Sequence record: SRR2962707_1184
DNA length: 64,000 bases
Reading direction: 5' to 3' (one strand)
The notes under the pieces were generated by a model that did not search any database, was not told where the DNA came from, and saw nothing but the letters and a program-made list of their open reading frames with translations. Positions 1 through 10,278 of the stretch are shown here, in pieces. The position numbers and the translations under genes were made by a program. Position 1 is the first letter of the stretch. The number at the start of each line of letters is the position of its first letter.

Positions 1-28
1 ACTGCTCTACCAACTGAGCTAACGACCC
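1..28 (-). tRNA. tRNA-Lys, 5' fragment (runs off window start)
   Basis: Reverse complement GGGTCGTTAGCTCAGTTGGTAGAGCAGT is the acceptor and D-arm of gammaproteobacterial tRNA-Lys; tRNA-Lys commonly follows cpoB/ybgF. The anticodon is outside the window. Confidence 0.85.
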
Positions 29-40
29 AACGGGTTGCGT

Positions 41-68
41 ATATTACAGAGCCCGTTGAGAATTGCAA
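41..68 (-). promoter_or_regulatory. sigma-70 promoter for the tRNA
   Basis: Minus strand TTGCAA-16 nt-TAATAT just upstream of the tRNA; a 16-nt spacer is common in stable-RNA promoters. Confidence 0.6.
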
Positions 69-69
69 G

Positions 70-858
70 CTATTTCATGCTACTTAAATAACTTGTTGCT
101 AGCTTAGCGGTTTTGCTTTCAGGAAAACGACTAATTACGTCCTGAAGATAAGACTTAGATGCACTCGCATTGCCCAACTGATCATTGACAATTCCAAGTT
201 TATATAGCGCATCAGGCTCTTTGCTATGACCTGGAAACTTTTTAATGACTGTAGTAAAGGCTTGAGCGGCTTCTTTAGGCTTGCCAAGAACAAGTTTTAA
301 TTCCCCAAGCCAATAGTAGCCATTACCAGTAAGCGTGTTATCTGGGTAATCTTTTACGAATTCTGTAAAAGCCACTTCGGCCGTCTCAAATTGCTTACTG
401 CGAATCAAACTATAAGCATCATCATAAGCCGAGCGGGCTTGTGGTGACACAGGAGTGAGTGCAATCGGCGCTAATTGAACCGAAGAAATACTATCTAATG
501 ACTCTTTTTTCGCATCAAGTGTCGCTGGAATAGCGGCAGGAGCCACACTTGTATTTGCCTGGGAAACTTGACTATTTTGCCTAGCGGCAGAAGCTGACAT
601 TAGCAGAGAAATACGCTTATCAAGATCAATATAACGATCTCGCTGTTGCGCTTTCATTTGAGACAATTCATGTCCCTGCTGTTCTAGTTGCCCTCTAAGA
701 TCTCGCACTTCCGATTGAAGCGAATCCAATTGTGAAAGCAGTTCGGCTGCAGCATGAGCGGGCAAGGTTCCTGCCTGCTGATTAGCAGCCATTGCTAGTG
801 GGGCTGTTAAAAACAGCCCCACTGCAAAGGAGCGAGAAATAAGCTTATTTACGATCAT
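70..858 (-). CDS. cpoB: Tol-Pal system protein CpoB/YbgF
   Basis: Signal peptide, coiled coil (LQSEVRDLRGQLEQ), TPR motifs (YYWLGE, PDALYKLG). Start placed at ATG 858, overlapping the pal stop (ATGA). Confidence 0.93.
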   Translation of the reverse strand: MIVNKLISRSFAVGLFLTAPLAMAANQQAGTLPAHAAAELLSQLDSLQSEVRDLRGQLEQQGHELSQMKAQQRDRYIDLDKRISLLMSASAARQNSQVSQANTSVAPAAIPATLDAKKESLDSISSVQLAPIALTPVSPQARSAYDDAYSLIRSKQFETAEVAFTEFVKDYPDNTLTGNGYYWLGELKLVLGKPKEAAQAFTTVIKKFPGHSKEPDALYKLGIVNDQLGNASASKSYLQDVISRFPESKTAKLATSYLSSMK

Positions 859-1451
859 TTTTCGTAACGTACTTCTACTCGACGATTTAGCTGCCAAGAA
901 GAGGCATCATGACCAAAGGCAACAGGCACTTCTTCACCGAAACTAACGGTTTCGATTTGAGATGCTGCAACGCCTTGAATAGTCAAGTAACGGCTAACCG
1001 CTTTAGCACGACGCTCACCCAATGCCATGTTGTACTCACGAGTACCACGCTCATCCGCATGACCTTCTAGAACAACGCGAGCTTCTGGATGCGAAATAAG
1101 GTATTGAGCGTGTTTAGCAAGCGCTTCACGAGCCGCTGGGCGAACAACAGATTTGTCAAAATCGAAGTAGAATACAGTTTGAACACCATCAAGCATGCTC
1201 ATGCTGTTTGCTTCGTCTGCTTTAGCTTGACCATCATCAACAATCACACTGCTTACTGCGCCATCTTGGTTTGCACCATAAGATTGATCCGCTGCATCCG
1301 TTGCTGCGTCCGCTGCTTGTTCAGTCGTTGCTGCTGCTTCGTCTGTCGCTGTTGTCGCAGAATCCGTGTCAGTTGAGGTTGTGCTACAACCCGCAATCCA
1401 AGCCGCAGATAAACCGATTACAGCAAACTTACCTAGTTTATTTACACTCAT
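855..1451 (-). CDS. pal: Peptidoglycan-associated lipoprotein Pal
   Basis: Lipobox IAGC; OmpA-C domain YFDFDKS, EGHADERGTREYNMALGERRA, NRRVE. Confidence 0.97.
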   Translation of the reverse strand: MSVNKLGKFAVIGLSAAWIAGCSTTSTDTDSATTATDEAAATTEQAADAATDAADQSYGANQDGAVSSVIVDDGQAKADEANSMSMLDGVQTVFYFDFDKSVVRPAAREALAKHAQYLISHPEARVVLEGHADERGTREYNMALGERRAKAVSRYLTIQGVAASQIETVSFGEEVPVAFGHDASSWQLNRRVEVRYEK

Positions 1452-1470
1452 TATTCACTCCTTAATGTCT

Positions 1471-2769
1471 TTATTTGAAGTACGGAGACCATGCTGGCTC
1501 ACGTACATCTCCATCTGCTGACGGCAGCTTGTATTTCACAAGCCCATCAACGGATACAACTGCCAATATGCCTTTTCCGTTTTCACTGGTGGCATACATA
1601 ACCATGCTACCATTCGGCGCAATAGTTGGCGATTCGTCTAAATAGGTGCGAGTTAATATTTTTACTCGACCTGTTTTCATGTCTTGTAGCGCGATGTGGT
1701 AATTACCATCGTCTTTTTGAACCGTAACAAGGTAGCGCCCATCAGGCGTAAGCTCACCTTTACTGTTTGAGTCACCTTCAAACGTAACACGCTCTACACG
1801 CTTTGTCTTAACATCAAGACGATATATTTGCGGGTTGCCACCACGGTCAGAGGTAAAAATAATACCTTTGCCATCTGGCTCCCAGCTTGGTTCTGTATCA
1901 ATAGCATAATGATTGGTCATACGCTCTAGTTTTTGTGTAGCAATATTTAACGTATAGATTTCAGGGTTACCATCTTTCGACAACACCAAGGCCAATTTCT
2001 TACCATCTGGAGACCAAGCAGGTGCACCATTTAGGCCTCTAAAGCGAGCCACTTGCTGCCTTTTCCCCGTCGCCAATTCTTGAATAAAGATATTAGGACG
2101 ACGGTTTCTGAACATCACATAAGCAATGTACTTACCATTCCCACTCCAAGATGGCGACAAGATAGGCTCTTTTGACTCTACGATAACTTGAGGTCTATGG
2201 CCGTCTGCGTCCGCCACCTGCAATTTGAAAGTAGGCGCAAGGCGATTGCCTTCTGTTGTTACATAAAGAATACGCGTACTGAAAGCGCCAGGAAGCCCAG
2301 TCAACAGCTGATACACCTTATCACTGATGTAATGAGCCGCATCGCGAAGGTTTGAAGCGTTCACATCGATGGAGGCATGCTTCTCAACCGGCTTCTGGCT
2401 CAACACATTGAGCAACTCAAAACCAACACGATAGCGATTGGCGGCGATTTTTTTCACCGAGCCAATCACCACATAATCACTTTTTAATAAGCGCCAATCA
2501 CGATAAAACACATCCGCTTCTTTTGAAGGTTGGCTTAGCATGCTAGAGCGCGGAATAGCCTGAAATAAACCACTGCGCGTCAAATCGTCTTGAACAATTT
2601 GAGCAATATCTTCAGGTAGTGCATCCGTACCGTTGTAACCAAATGGAACAACAGCGATAGGCAACAATTGATCTGCCCCACTGGTGACCTCAATAACAAG
2701 CTGCGCCCTTGCGGTACTAACAAAGACAAAGCAGGTGAAAAATACTAAGAACCATTTACGTAATATCAT
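1471..2769 (-). CDS. tolB: TolB beta-propeller protein
   Basis: [15 protein letters not shown], repeated P.WSPDG motifs, C-terminal EPAWSP. Confidence 0.97.
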   Translation of the reverse strand: MILRKWFLVFFTCFVFVSTARAQLVIEVTSGADQLLPIAVVPFGYNGTDALPEDIAQIVQDDLTRSGLFQAIPRSSMLSQPSKEADVFYRDWRLLKSDYVVIGSVKKIAANRYRVGFELLNVLSQKPVEKHASIDVNASNLRDAAHYISDKVYQLLTGLPGAFSTRILYVTTEGNRLAPTFKLQVADADGHRPQVIVESKEPILSPSWSGNGKYIAYVMFRNRRPNIFIQELATGKRQQVARFRGLNGAPAWSPDGKKLALVLSKDGNPEIYTLNIATQKLERMTNHYAIDTEPSWEPDGKGIIFTSDRGGNPQIYRLDVKTKRVERVTFEGDSNSKGELTPDGRYLVTVQKDDGNYHIALQDMKTGRVKILTRTYLDESPTIAPNGSMVMYATSENGKGILAVVSVDGLVKYKLPSADGDVREPAWSPYFK

Positions 2770-3716
2770 TAGTTTCTTAAGTCCTGTGGATTAAAAATAA
2801 TTACAACTCTACGAAAGTTTCTGTCAAATACATAAGGGTCCACTTCCGATAACTCCTTAACAACAATACTCCTTGCAGCGTCTTCTGCACGCTGATCAAA
2901 CAAGGCGTCGCCACTTCCCTTAATAATGTTCACGGCCAACACTTCACCCGACGGCAAGAAAGAAATGGCCAACTCTGTTTTCATGCCATTTCGAGCGCTC
3001 GGTGGGCGATTCCACGCAGCGGTGATTCGATCATTGATTAAACCACTGATCGATTGCACCATTTGGGCCTCTTCTGCGGCTTTCTTCTCTTCTTCCGCTT
3101 TTTTCGCTGCGGCCGCTTCAGCGGCTTCTTTCGCTAAGCGCTCTTTTTCCGCTTCTCGAGCGGCAGCCTGCTTACGCTGTCTCTCTTTTTCCGCTAATTG
3201 TTTTGCTTCTTCCGCCTGACGCTTTTTCTCTTGCGCGGCCTTTTCTTGCTCAATGCGTTTTTTCTTTTCCGCCTCTTGTTTCGCGATTAAGGCTTCTTGC
3301 TGTTTTTTCTTAGCCGCGTCAGCGGCCTTCTCTTTCTCAGCGGCGGCTTTTTTCTTTGCAGCAGCCTGTTCAACGGCTTTTTTCTTCGCTTCTTTAGCTT
3401 GAGCTAGACGTTTCTTTTGGGCCTCTAGCGCTTTTCTCTGCTCTAGCTTTTTGGCTTTTTGCTGAGCTTCTTTCTCTTTTTCTTTTTTCGCTATGGCCTG
3501 CTGTTGAATAATTTTTTTCTTTTCTTCCTCACGCTTGCCAATAATGGTCTGTGAAATATCCACCACAGTCGCATTCACAATAGGAGGTCGCTTAGGCAGA
3601 GGCTTTTCATTATCGCTAAAGTCCACCGCCACAAAACACGCAGCAACAATAACTAGATGAAGGCCAACCGCCAATAAGGCGGGAACGCCGTAACTGTCTT
3701 TACTCAGCAAATTCAT
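2769..3716 (-). CDS. tolA: TolA
   Basis: N-terminal TM with conserved His, long K/E/A helix, C-terminal [10 protein letters not shown]...SGDALFD domain; lies between tolR and tolB. Confidence 0.93.
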   Translation of the reverse strand: MNLLSKDSYGVPALLAVGLHLVIVAACFVAVDFSDNEKPLPKRPPIVNATVVDISQTIIGKREEEKKKIIQQQAIAKKEKEKEAQQKAKKLEQRKALEAQKKRLAQAKEAKKKAVEQAAAKKKAAAEKEKAADAAKKKQQEALIAKQEAEKKKRIEQEKAAQEKKRQAEEAKQLAEKERQRKQAAAREAEKERLAKEAAEAAAAKKAEEEKKAAEEAQMVQSISGLINDRITAAWNRPPSARNGMKTELAISFLPSGEVLAVNIIKGSGDALFDQRAEDAARSIVVKELSEVDPYVFDRNFRRVVIIFNPQDLRN

Positions 3717-4144
3717 TAATTATTGTCCGGCTCCGTTACCAATCCCACATTGGGCACGCCAGCTCCTTGCAAAGCCACCATTAGACCAACAACCGCACCA
3801 TAAGAGACATTTTTATCGCCTCTGACCAGTACGGGGATTCTAGGGTTTTGGTTTAATACCTTTTTTACCCTCGCCTGCAAAGCATCCAACTCGATCGGCT
3901 CTTGCTTGCCGCCAAAGTCCAAATAAAACTGCCCATTACTGTCGACAGAAGCAATCATCACATCGGTTTCTGTTTGCTGAATAGGCGATGCATTGGCGTT
4001 AGGTAACTTAACATCCACCCCTTGGGTAAGCATCGGCGCTGTGATCATAAAGATCACCAACAACACCAGCATAACATCAATGTAAGGAACCACATTGATC
4101 TCAGCCATAGGGCGACGTTTTTGTCTTCTTCTAGAGCGAGGCAC
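3716..4144 (-). CDS. tolR: TolR
   Basis: EINVVPYIDVMLVLLVIFMITAP signature. Confidence 0.97.
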   Translation of the reverse strand: MPRSRRRQKRRPMAEINVVPYIDVMLVLLVIFMITAPMLTQGVDVKLPNANASPIQQTETDVMIASVDSNGQFYLDFGGKQEPIELDALQARVKKVLNQNPRIPVLVRGDKNVSYGAVVGLMVALQGAGVPNVGLVTEPDNN

Positions 4145-4824
4145 TATGCTACGCCTCCCTCTCTCACGTGTACCTTACGATGAAGAATACTGGTGAATTC
4201 ATCGGAGAAATTTTCATAACCTGACGCCAGTGATTCTGCCACCGTTGAGAAACGGTTGTACGCAATAACCGCTGGAATCGCAGCCACCAAACCAATGGCC
4301 GTCGCAATGAGCGCTTCCGCGATACCCGGTGCAACCGTCGCCAGCGTGGCTTGCTGCACGTCTGCCAATCCAATAAAGGAATGCATGATGCCCCAAACCG
4401 TACCAAACAAGCCGATATAAGGGCTTGTTGAACCCACTGTTGCCAAAAAGGAAAGGTGTTTTTCTAGCTTCTCTTCTTCTCGATACAAGGCCACGCGCAT
4501 AGTACGCTGAACCCCTTCCATAACCGCATCAGGCTCGACATTATGACTTTGACGTAAGCGCGTAAACTCTTTAATACCCGCTGTAAAAATACCTTCGATC
4601 CCTTCTACTTTTCGACCTTCTTGTGTGAGCTTTTTATAAAGCTTGCTCAAATCGATGCCGGACCAAAACTCATCTTCAAATTCTGTTCTTACTTTCTTAG
4701 CTTGCTTTAGCACACGCATTCTTTGAAAGATAATTACCCAAGAAAAGATGGATGCTGCCAACAGTATCAACATAACCATTTGCACAACAAAACTAGCGCT
4801 GGCAATTAAACCCAAAATTGACAT
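4144..4824 (-). CDS. tolQ: TolQ
   Basis: FLATVGSTSPYIGLFGTVWGIM and VAPGIAEALIATAIGL motifs. Confidence 0.97.
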   Translation of the reverse strand: MSILGLIASASFVVQMVMLILLAASIFSWVIIFQRMRVLKQAKKVRTEFEDEFWSGIDLSKLYKKLTQEGRKVEGIEGIFTAGIKEFTRLRQSHNVEPDAVMEGVQRTMRVALYREEEKLEKHLSFLATVGSTSPYIGLFGTVWGIMHSFIGLADVQQATLATVAPGIAEALIATAIGLVAAIPAVIAYNRFSTVAESLASGYENFSDEFTSILHRKVHVREGGVA

Positions 4825-4833
4825 TTTTAACCT

Positions 4834-5847
4834 CTATTTAAAATCTGAAGGTAACTGGTAATTAAAATGCTCGTAGGCGCGTTTCGTAACTTGGCGACCT
4901 CGAGGCGTTCGTATAACAAAGCCTTGTTGTATTAAAAAAGGCTCAATAACATCTTCGATGGTGTCTTTGTCTTCGCCCACCGCCGCGGCAACACTGTCTA
5001 ACCCAACCGGTCTGCCGTCAAACTTCTCTATCATAGTCAATAACATACGACGATCTAAATGATCAAAGCCTTGACTGTCTACACTTAACATATCCAGTGC
5101 ACGCTGAGCAACTTTTTGCCCCACTAACACATCGCCATTAACCTGCGCCACGTCTCTAACACGACGCAACAGTCGGTTGGCAATTCGCGGCGTACCACGG
5201 GAGCGACGCGCCACTTCAAAGCTTCCAGATTGGTCAAGCTCCATGCCCATTTTGCTGGCTGAGCGCGCCACTATGGTGGTCAGCGACTCAACATCATAAA
5301 ACTCTAAACGCTGTACGATACCAAAGCGGTCTCGCAACGGCGATGTCAGCAAACCCGCTCGTGTGGTTGCTCCGACCAGCGTAAAGGGTGGGAGTTCAAT
5401 TTTAATCGAACGCGCCGCAGGCCCTTCCCCGATCATGATATCCAACTGATAATCTTCCATCGCAGGATACAAGACCTCTTCAATAGCAGGACTCAAGCGA
5501 TGTATTTCATCAATAAAGAGCACATCACCTTCATTAAGATTGGTTAATAATGCCGCCAAATCCCCCGCCCTTTCGAGCACAGGTCCTGAAGTGGTTTTGA
5601 TTTCTGCGCCCATTTCATTGGCAATGATATTCGCCAATGTGGTTTTACCCAGCCCTGGTGGCCCAAAGATCAATGAATGATCCAGTGGTTCTCCACGCTG
5701 GCGAGCGGCTTGAATAAAAATATCCATTTGCTCTTTGACCACTGGCTGGCCGATGTACTCAGCAAGGGACTGCGGTCGAATGGCACGATCGACTTGTCGA
5801 TCTGTGCCTTTTAATTCTGCCGAGATAATACGATCACTTTCTATCAT
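4834..5847 (-). CDS. ruvB: Holliday junction helicase RuvB
   Basis: GPPGLGKTT Walker [44 protein letters not shown]. Confidence 0.98.
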   Translation of the reverse strand: MIESDRIISAELKGTDRQVDRAIRPQSLAEYIGQPVVKEQMDIFIQAARQRGEPLDHSLIFGPPGLGKTTLANIIANEMGAEIKTTSGPVLERAGDLAALLTNLNEGDVLFIDEIHRLSPAIEEVLYPAMEDYQLDIMIGEGPAARSIKIELPPFTLVGATTRAGLLTSPLRDRFGIVQRLEFYDVESLTTIVARSASKMGMELDQSGSFEVARRSRGTPRIANRLLRRVRDVAQVNGDVLVGQKVAQRALDMLSVDSQGFDHLDRRMLLTMIEKFDGRPVGLDSVAAAVGEDKDTIEDVIEPFLIQQGFVIRTPRGRQVTKRAYEHFNYQLPSDFK

Positions 5848-5853
5848 CTTCTA

Positions 5854-6453
5854 TTACCTTAGCATGGCTTTTAATGCCGCTTTAATAACCTCTTCACTGC
5901 TCGCTGCATCTACAGGCACAGTGGCGATCGCTTTGGCCGCTTCTTGAGGTTTGTAACCCAATGAAATAAGAGCCGCTTCGGCTTCTTGTCTTGGGTCGGC
6001 TTGGACTTGTTTCAATACCGCAGGGGTGGAAAAAAGATCCGTTTTCGCGGCTTGCCCCAATTTGTCTCTTAATTCAATGATCAAGCGTTCCGCGGTTTTC
6101 TTACCTACCCCCGGAATCCTGGTTAATGCAGTGACGTCAGACTCCTGCACATTGGCAATCAACTCTTCCGACGACATGCTAGATAAGACTGCTAAGGCCA
6201 TTTTAGGGCCTATGCCATTTACCTTGATCAGCACTTTAAACAGCGCGCGCTCACTTTTATCAATGAAGCCGTAAAGCGTATGCGAGTCTTCTTTTACTTG
6301 AAAATGCGTATACAGAACCACGCTACCACCAATCGGCGGCAACTCATAAATCGTTGTCATCGAGGCGCTAAGTTCATAGCCGATGCCATTTACATCCACC
6401 AACAATTCCGGCGGCGATTTCTCGATCAATGTTCCAGCAATCCTACCTATCAC
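5854..6453 (-). CDS. ruvA: Holliday junction binding protein RuvA
   Basis: VNGIGYE, two HhH motifs ([18 protein letters not shown]), ALISLGYK. Confidence 0.97.
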   Translation of the reverse strand: MIGRIAGTLIEKSPPELLVDVNGIGYELSASMTTIYELPPIGGSVVLYTHFQVKEDSHTLYGFIDKSERALFKVLIKVNGIGPKMALAVLSSMSSEELIANVQESDVTALTRIPGVGKKTAERLIIELRDKLGQAAKTDLFSTPAVLKQVQADPRQEAEAALISLGYKPQEAAKAIATVPVDAASSEEVIKAALKAMLR

Positions 6454-7010
6454 ACACTTTTCCTTATATCCATTTCAGACCAACGCTTTGACGTTCGCCC
6501 TGCTCTTTTCCCGACGCCATATTCCAGGCCGCCTGATGTTCTTGTATTAGCATGACACAATGCAATCGCGAGCGCATCGGCTGCGTCGGCTTGCGGTGGA
6601 GAAGACAAGCCTAATAACAACTGAACCATGGCTTGCACTTGGGTTTTGTCTGCGTTGCCATTACCAACCACAGATTGTTTGACGCGTCGCGCAGCGTACT
6701 CGTTAACAAACAGCTCTTTGAGCGCTGCCGCCACAATGGCCGCACCCCTTGCTTGACCCAGTTTTAAGGCTGAGTTGGCATTTTTCGCAAGAAACACTTC
6801 TTCAATGGCAAATTCGTCTGGCGCGTATTCATCCAACAAGGTGGTGACAGAATTAAAAATCACCTTAAGGCGAACAGATAAGGCCTCATCGGGTAAGCGA
6901 ACACAGCCGCTATTCACATAGACAGACTTACCATTAGTCACATCAATAATGCCAAAGCCCGTTATTCTTGAGCCTGGGTCTATTGCTAAAATTCTGGTCG
7001 TCGCCATCAT
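6450..7010 (-). CDS. ruvC: Holliday junction resolvase RuvC
   Basis: [34 protein letters not shown]. Confidence 0.97.
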   Translation of the reverse strand: MMATTRILAIDPGSRITGFGIIDVTNGKSVYVNSGCVRLPDEALSVRLKVIFNSVTTLLDEYAPDEFAIEEVFLAKNANSALKLGQARGAAIVAAALKELFVNEYAARRVKQSVVGNGNADKTQVQAMVQLLLGLSSPPQADAADALAIALCHANTRTSGGLEYGVGKRAGRTSKRWSEMDIRKSV

Positions 7011-7032
7011 TAACCTATTAAAGAGTCAATAT

Positions 7033-7052
7033 TACTGTATATTTCAACAGCC
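7033..7052. promoter_or_regulatory. LexA (SOS) box upstream of ruvC
   Basis: taCTGTatatttcaACAGcc matches CTGT-N8-ACAG with an AT-rich core, 25-40 nt upstream of the ruvC start. Confidence 0.8.
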
Positions 7053-7082
7053 TTTAACTTACAGAGTATACAATCCTGACAT

Positions 7083-7111
7083 AAAAAAAGGCCGTTTAAT
7101 AACGGCCTTTT
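7083..7111 (-). terminator. Intrinsic terminator after aspS
   Basis: AAAAGGCCGTT-taat-AACGGCCTTTT hairpin with a T-run on the minus strand. Confidence 0.85.
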
Positions 7112-7172
7112 ACATTTTTTTTTCGCTCTCTTAACAAACATCACCGTCAGTAGAGCGAAGGTGGCGCTAAGC

Positions 7173-8942
7173 TTACTCTGTCACTGGCTTTCTAACGCGA
7201 ATATTCAGCTCTTTCAACTGTTTATCGCTTACTTCACCTGGTGCTTGAGTTAACAAACAAGTCGCACTTTGTGTTTTCGGGAAGGCAATGACGTCACGAA
7301 TAGAAGCCGAACCTGTCATCAACATAACGAGGCGGTCTAGACCGAATGCCAAACCACCATGCGGTGGCGCACCAAATTTCAATGCGTCTAGTAAGAAGCC
7401 AAATTTCTCTTCTTGCTCTTCTTCACTGATATTAAGCAACTCAAACACAGTTTCTTGCATAGAAGACTGGTGAATACGGATCGAACCACCGCCCAACTCA
7501 GTACCATTCAAGACCATGTCGTACGCCTGAGACAAGGCATTAAGCGGATCTGCTTTTAGCGCTTCTGGAGAGCAAGAAGGCGCAGTGAAAGGATGGTGAA
7601 TAGCCGTGATGCCACCATCGGATGTTTCTTCAAACATTGGGAAGTCAACTACCCATAAAGGCGCCCACTCACAAGTGTACAAGTTAAGATCTTCACCCAA
7701 CTTGCAACGTAATGCACCCAAAGCTTCGTTTACGACTTTTGCAGAATCCGAGCCGAAGAAGATCAAGTCGCCATCTTGTGCATCAAGACGAGTCATCAAT
7801 TCTTGGCGTACTTCCATCGGTAAGAACTTAACGATTGGAGACTGTAGGCCTTCTTCAAGATTAGACTTGTCGTTTACCTTGATGTAAGCCAACCCTTTGG
7901 CGCCGTAAATACCAACAAATTTAGTGTACTCGTCGATTTGCTTACGAGTCAGCGAGTTACCGCCAGGCACTTTCAATGCGGCAACACGACCTTTAGGGTC
8001 TTTTGCTGGGCCAGAGAAGACTTTAAAGTCCACGTCTGCCATCAGGTCAGACACGGTCACAATCGTCAATGGAATACGTAGATCAGGCTTGTCGCTGCCG
8101 TAGGTTTCCATTGCTTCAGAGTAAGGCATGCGTGGGAAGGAGCCCAAATCAATGTTCATTAGCTCTTTAAACAAGCTCGTGATCATTTCTTCTGTCATGC
8201 CCATGATCTGTTCTTCGCTCATGAAAGACGTTTCGATGTCTACTTGAGTGAATTCAGGTTGGCGATCGGCACGCAAATCTTCATCACGGAAACATTTAGC
8301 AATTTGGTAGTAACGATCAAAACCAGACACCATCAACAGCTGCTTGAACAACTGAGGAGACTGAGGAAGCGCAAAGAAGCTACCTTGTTGAGTACGGCTT
8401 GGTACCAAATAATCACGTGCACCTTCTGGTGTTGCGCGCGTTAGAATCGGCGTTTCGATGTCTAAGAAGCCATTGTCATCCAAGTAGCGACGCAATACAG
8501 ACGTTACTTTTGAGCGAAAACGCATTTTTTGCTGAATTTCTGGACGACGTAAATCGATAAAACGGTTTTTCAAACGAACGTCTTCACCAACAGATTGATG
8601 CTCATCAAGCTGGAATGGCGGTGTTTTTGCGGCGTTTAGAATCTCAAGCTCTAAGCCCAAGACTTCAATCTCACCTGTGTTCATGTTTGGGTTAACTGTC
8701 CCTTCTGGACGAGCACGAACCAAGCCTTTTAGCTTAACAACAAATTCGTTACGAACACTGTCCGCAATGGCAAAACTGTCTGCACGATCTGGGTCAAATA
8801 CCACCTGAGTGATGCCTTCGCGATCACGCACGTCTAAGAAAATAACCCCGCCGTGGTCACGGCGACGATGAACCCAACCACATAAAGTGATTTCTTGTGA
8901 AATGTTAGAAGCATTTAATTCGCCGCAATAATGGCTGCGCAT
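7173..8942 (-). CDS. aspS: Aspartyl-tRNA synthetase
   Basis: [62 protein letters not shown]. Confidence 0.98.
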   Translation of the reverse strand: MRSHYCGELNASNISQEITLCGWVHRRRDHGGVIFLDVRDREGITQVVFDPDRADSFAIADSVRNEFVVKLKGLVRARPEGTVNPNMNTGEIEVLGLELEILNAAKTPPFQLDEHQSVGEDVRLKNRFIDLRRPEIQQKMRFRSKVTSVLRRYLDDNGFLDIETPILTRATPEGARDYLVPSRTQQGSFFALPQSPQLFKQLLMVSGFDRYYQIAKCFRDEDLRADRQPEFTQVDIETSFMSEEQIMGMTEEMITSLFKELMNIDLGSFPRMPYSEAMETYGSDKPDLRIPLTIVTVSDLMADVDFKVFSGPAKDPKGRVAALKVPGGNSLTRKQIDEYTKFVGIYGAKGLAYIKVNDKSNLEEGLQSPIVKFLPMEVRQELMTRLDAQDGDLIFFGSDSAKVVNEALGALRCKLGEDLNLYTCEWAPLWVVDFPMFEETSDGGITAIHHPFTAPSCSPEALKADPLNALSQAYDMVLNGTELGGGSIRIHQSSMQETVFELLNISEEEQEEKFGFLLDALKFGAPPHGGLAFGLDRLVMLMTGSASIRDVIAFPKTQSATCLLTQAPGEVSDKQLKELNIRVRKPVTE

Positions 8943-9098
8943 AATTTCTATCCTATTACTGTCTCAGTAAGAGAGTGAAGTGTTCTTTGTTCGCTTTTTG
9001 TTAGACCAGAAAACAAAATGTGTTTCCCATATAAGGAGGAAAACAAAAAGCCAAAATATTTTAAGGCAAAGCATTATATGCGAACCAAGTCATACTCT

Positions 9099-9138
9099 CT
9101 AGAGTAAGAAGGAAATTTCTAGAGCAAGAAGGAAATTT
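9099..9138. repeat. 20-bp tandem duplication
   Basis: ctagagtaagaaggaaattt followed by ctagagcaagaaggaaattt (1 mismatch). Confidence 0.9.
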
Positions 9139-9158
9139 GTCTATAACAGTCCATTTCT

Positions 9159-9653
9159 TCATAAGACACTGGCTATTTCATAAACAATTTCGATTCCAGA
9201 TTGCTTTAAAAGCACTTCGTCGCCTTCCATTTTACCAACCAGTGTCAGCCCTACTGGGCTAGATGGGGTAACCAAAAAGACACTTTCACCATCGCCTAGC
9301 TCAACACTTAAGCCTCCCGCACAAGCAGAAAGATAAAACCATTTGCTATTTTTCTGTGGCGCATCGACCTCGAGCAGGCCCACTAGCGCCCCTGTTTTTA
9401 TCTCGTCGTCTTCACCGAAGAACACCGCCTTGTGATTCGAAAAGCTTAAAAAATCCTTTTCACACTCCAACACTCTTTGTGACTGCCCATGGGCAAGATA
9501 GGACGCCTCCAATCCGAAGGTATCGTATTTGTTTTCCGCCACACTCTCTTCGCTGGTCGCCGCGTCGTAAGCTTGGTTCGCGGCCCATTTCGCGGTCTCA
9601 AAGCGTTTTTCAAGAGCGTTTATTATGGCTTCATACACGGTTACTTTGTTCAT
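9159..9653 (-). CDS. GreA/GreB-family transcription factor-like protein
   Basis: Helical N-terminus with acidic tip (EESVAENKYDT...LEASYLAHGQ); C-terminal Gre motif TPSSPVGLTLVGK.EGDEV. Confidence 0.8.
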   Translation of the reverse strand: MNKVTVYEAIINALEKRFETAKWAANQAYDAATSEESVAENKYDTFGLEASYLAHGQSQRVLECEKDFLSFSNHKAVFFGEDDEIKTGALVGLLEVDAPQKNSKWFYLSACAGGLSVELGDGESVFLVTPSSPVGLTLVGKMEGDEVLLKQSGIEIVYEIASVL

Positions 9654-9768
9654 TTCGTCTCACAACAACTAGGGGTACGACACATTATTACTCACGCTCT
9701 TATATCAAGAAATTGGTGCAATGAATAAGCAAGATACAAGGAAGCCTCACGGCAAGGCATTTTCTCAA

Positions 9769-9812
9769 TTGACAAAGTCAACCAATAAAACTATAGTGAT
9801 AATCGTTCTCAT
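9769..9812 (+). promoter_or_regulatory. sigma-70 promoter with Fur box and palindromic operator
   Basis: TTGACA (9769)-17 nt-TATAGT (9792); TATAGTGATAATCGTTCTC is 15/19 to the Fur consensus; TTGAC-aaa-GTCAA inverted repeat over the -35. Confidence 0.8.
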
Positions 9813-9832
9813 ATAAGAAGCGAGTCACTTTT

Positions 9833-10255
9833 ATGCCAAGCAACCTTGATGAATCACTGCACAGACTTATCCATTGCTATAAGTCCCAGGTCAAACGCAC
9901 CATCAGTGACTCTCATTTGGATCTTCATATTGGTCACATAAGAGCATTGAAATGCATACGCAACATTCCCAAATGCAGTGCTCAGGTGATCTCACAAAGA
10001 ATGAATTTAGATAAATCGCAAGTGGCGCGAATTATAAAAGAACTGCTTAGCAAAGGTCACATAGAAAAACACCCTAACCCCGATAACCATAGAAGCCAAT
10101 TATTGCTTCTCACACAGTCAGGGCAAAGCGTCATAGACACCATGATCACGCTCGATAGCACCACATCGGCAAAAATGACCCATGGGTTGAGCGAACAAGA
10201 GATCAAAGACTTCAAACACTACGCAGAAATCATGATTAGAAATTTATGCGAATAA
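9833..10255 (+). CDS. MarR-family transcriptional regulator
   Basis: Winged helix pattern DKSQVARIIKELLSKGHIEK..NPDNHRSQLLLLT.SG; 140 aa. Confidence 0.9.
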   Translation: MPSNLDESLHRLIHCYKSQVKRTISDSHLDLHIGHIRALKCIRNIPKCSAQVISQRMNLDKSQVARIIKELLSKGHIEKHPNPDNHRSQLLLLTQSGQSVIDTMITLDSTTSAKMTHGLSEQEIKDFKHYAEIMIRNLCE

Positions 10256-10278
10256 TACATTATATTCAGGAGAAACTT

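Noticed and set aside
3070..3540. Low-complexity repeats in tolA
   Set aside because: Normal K/E/A helical domain II of TolA.
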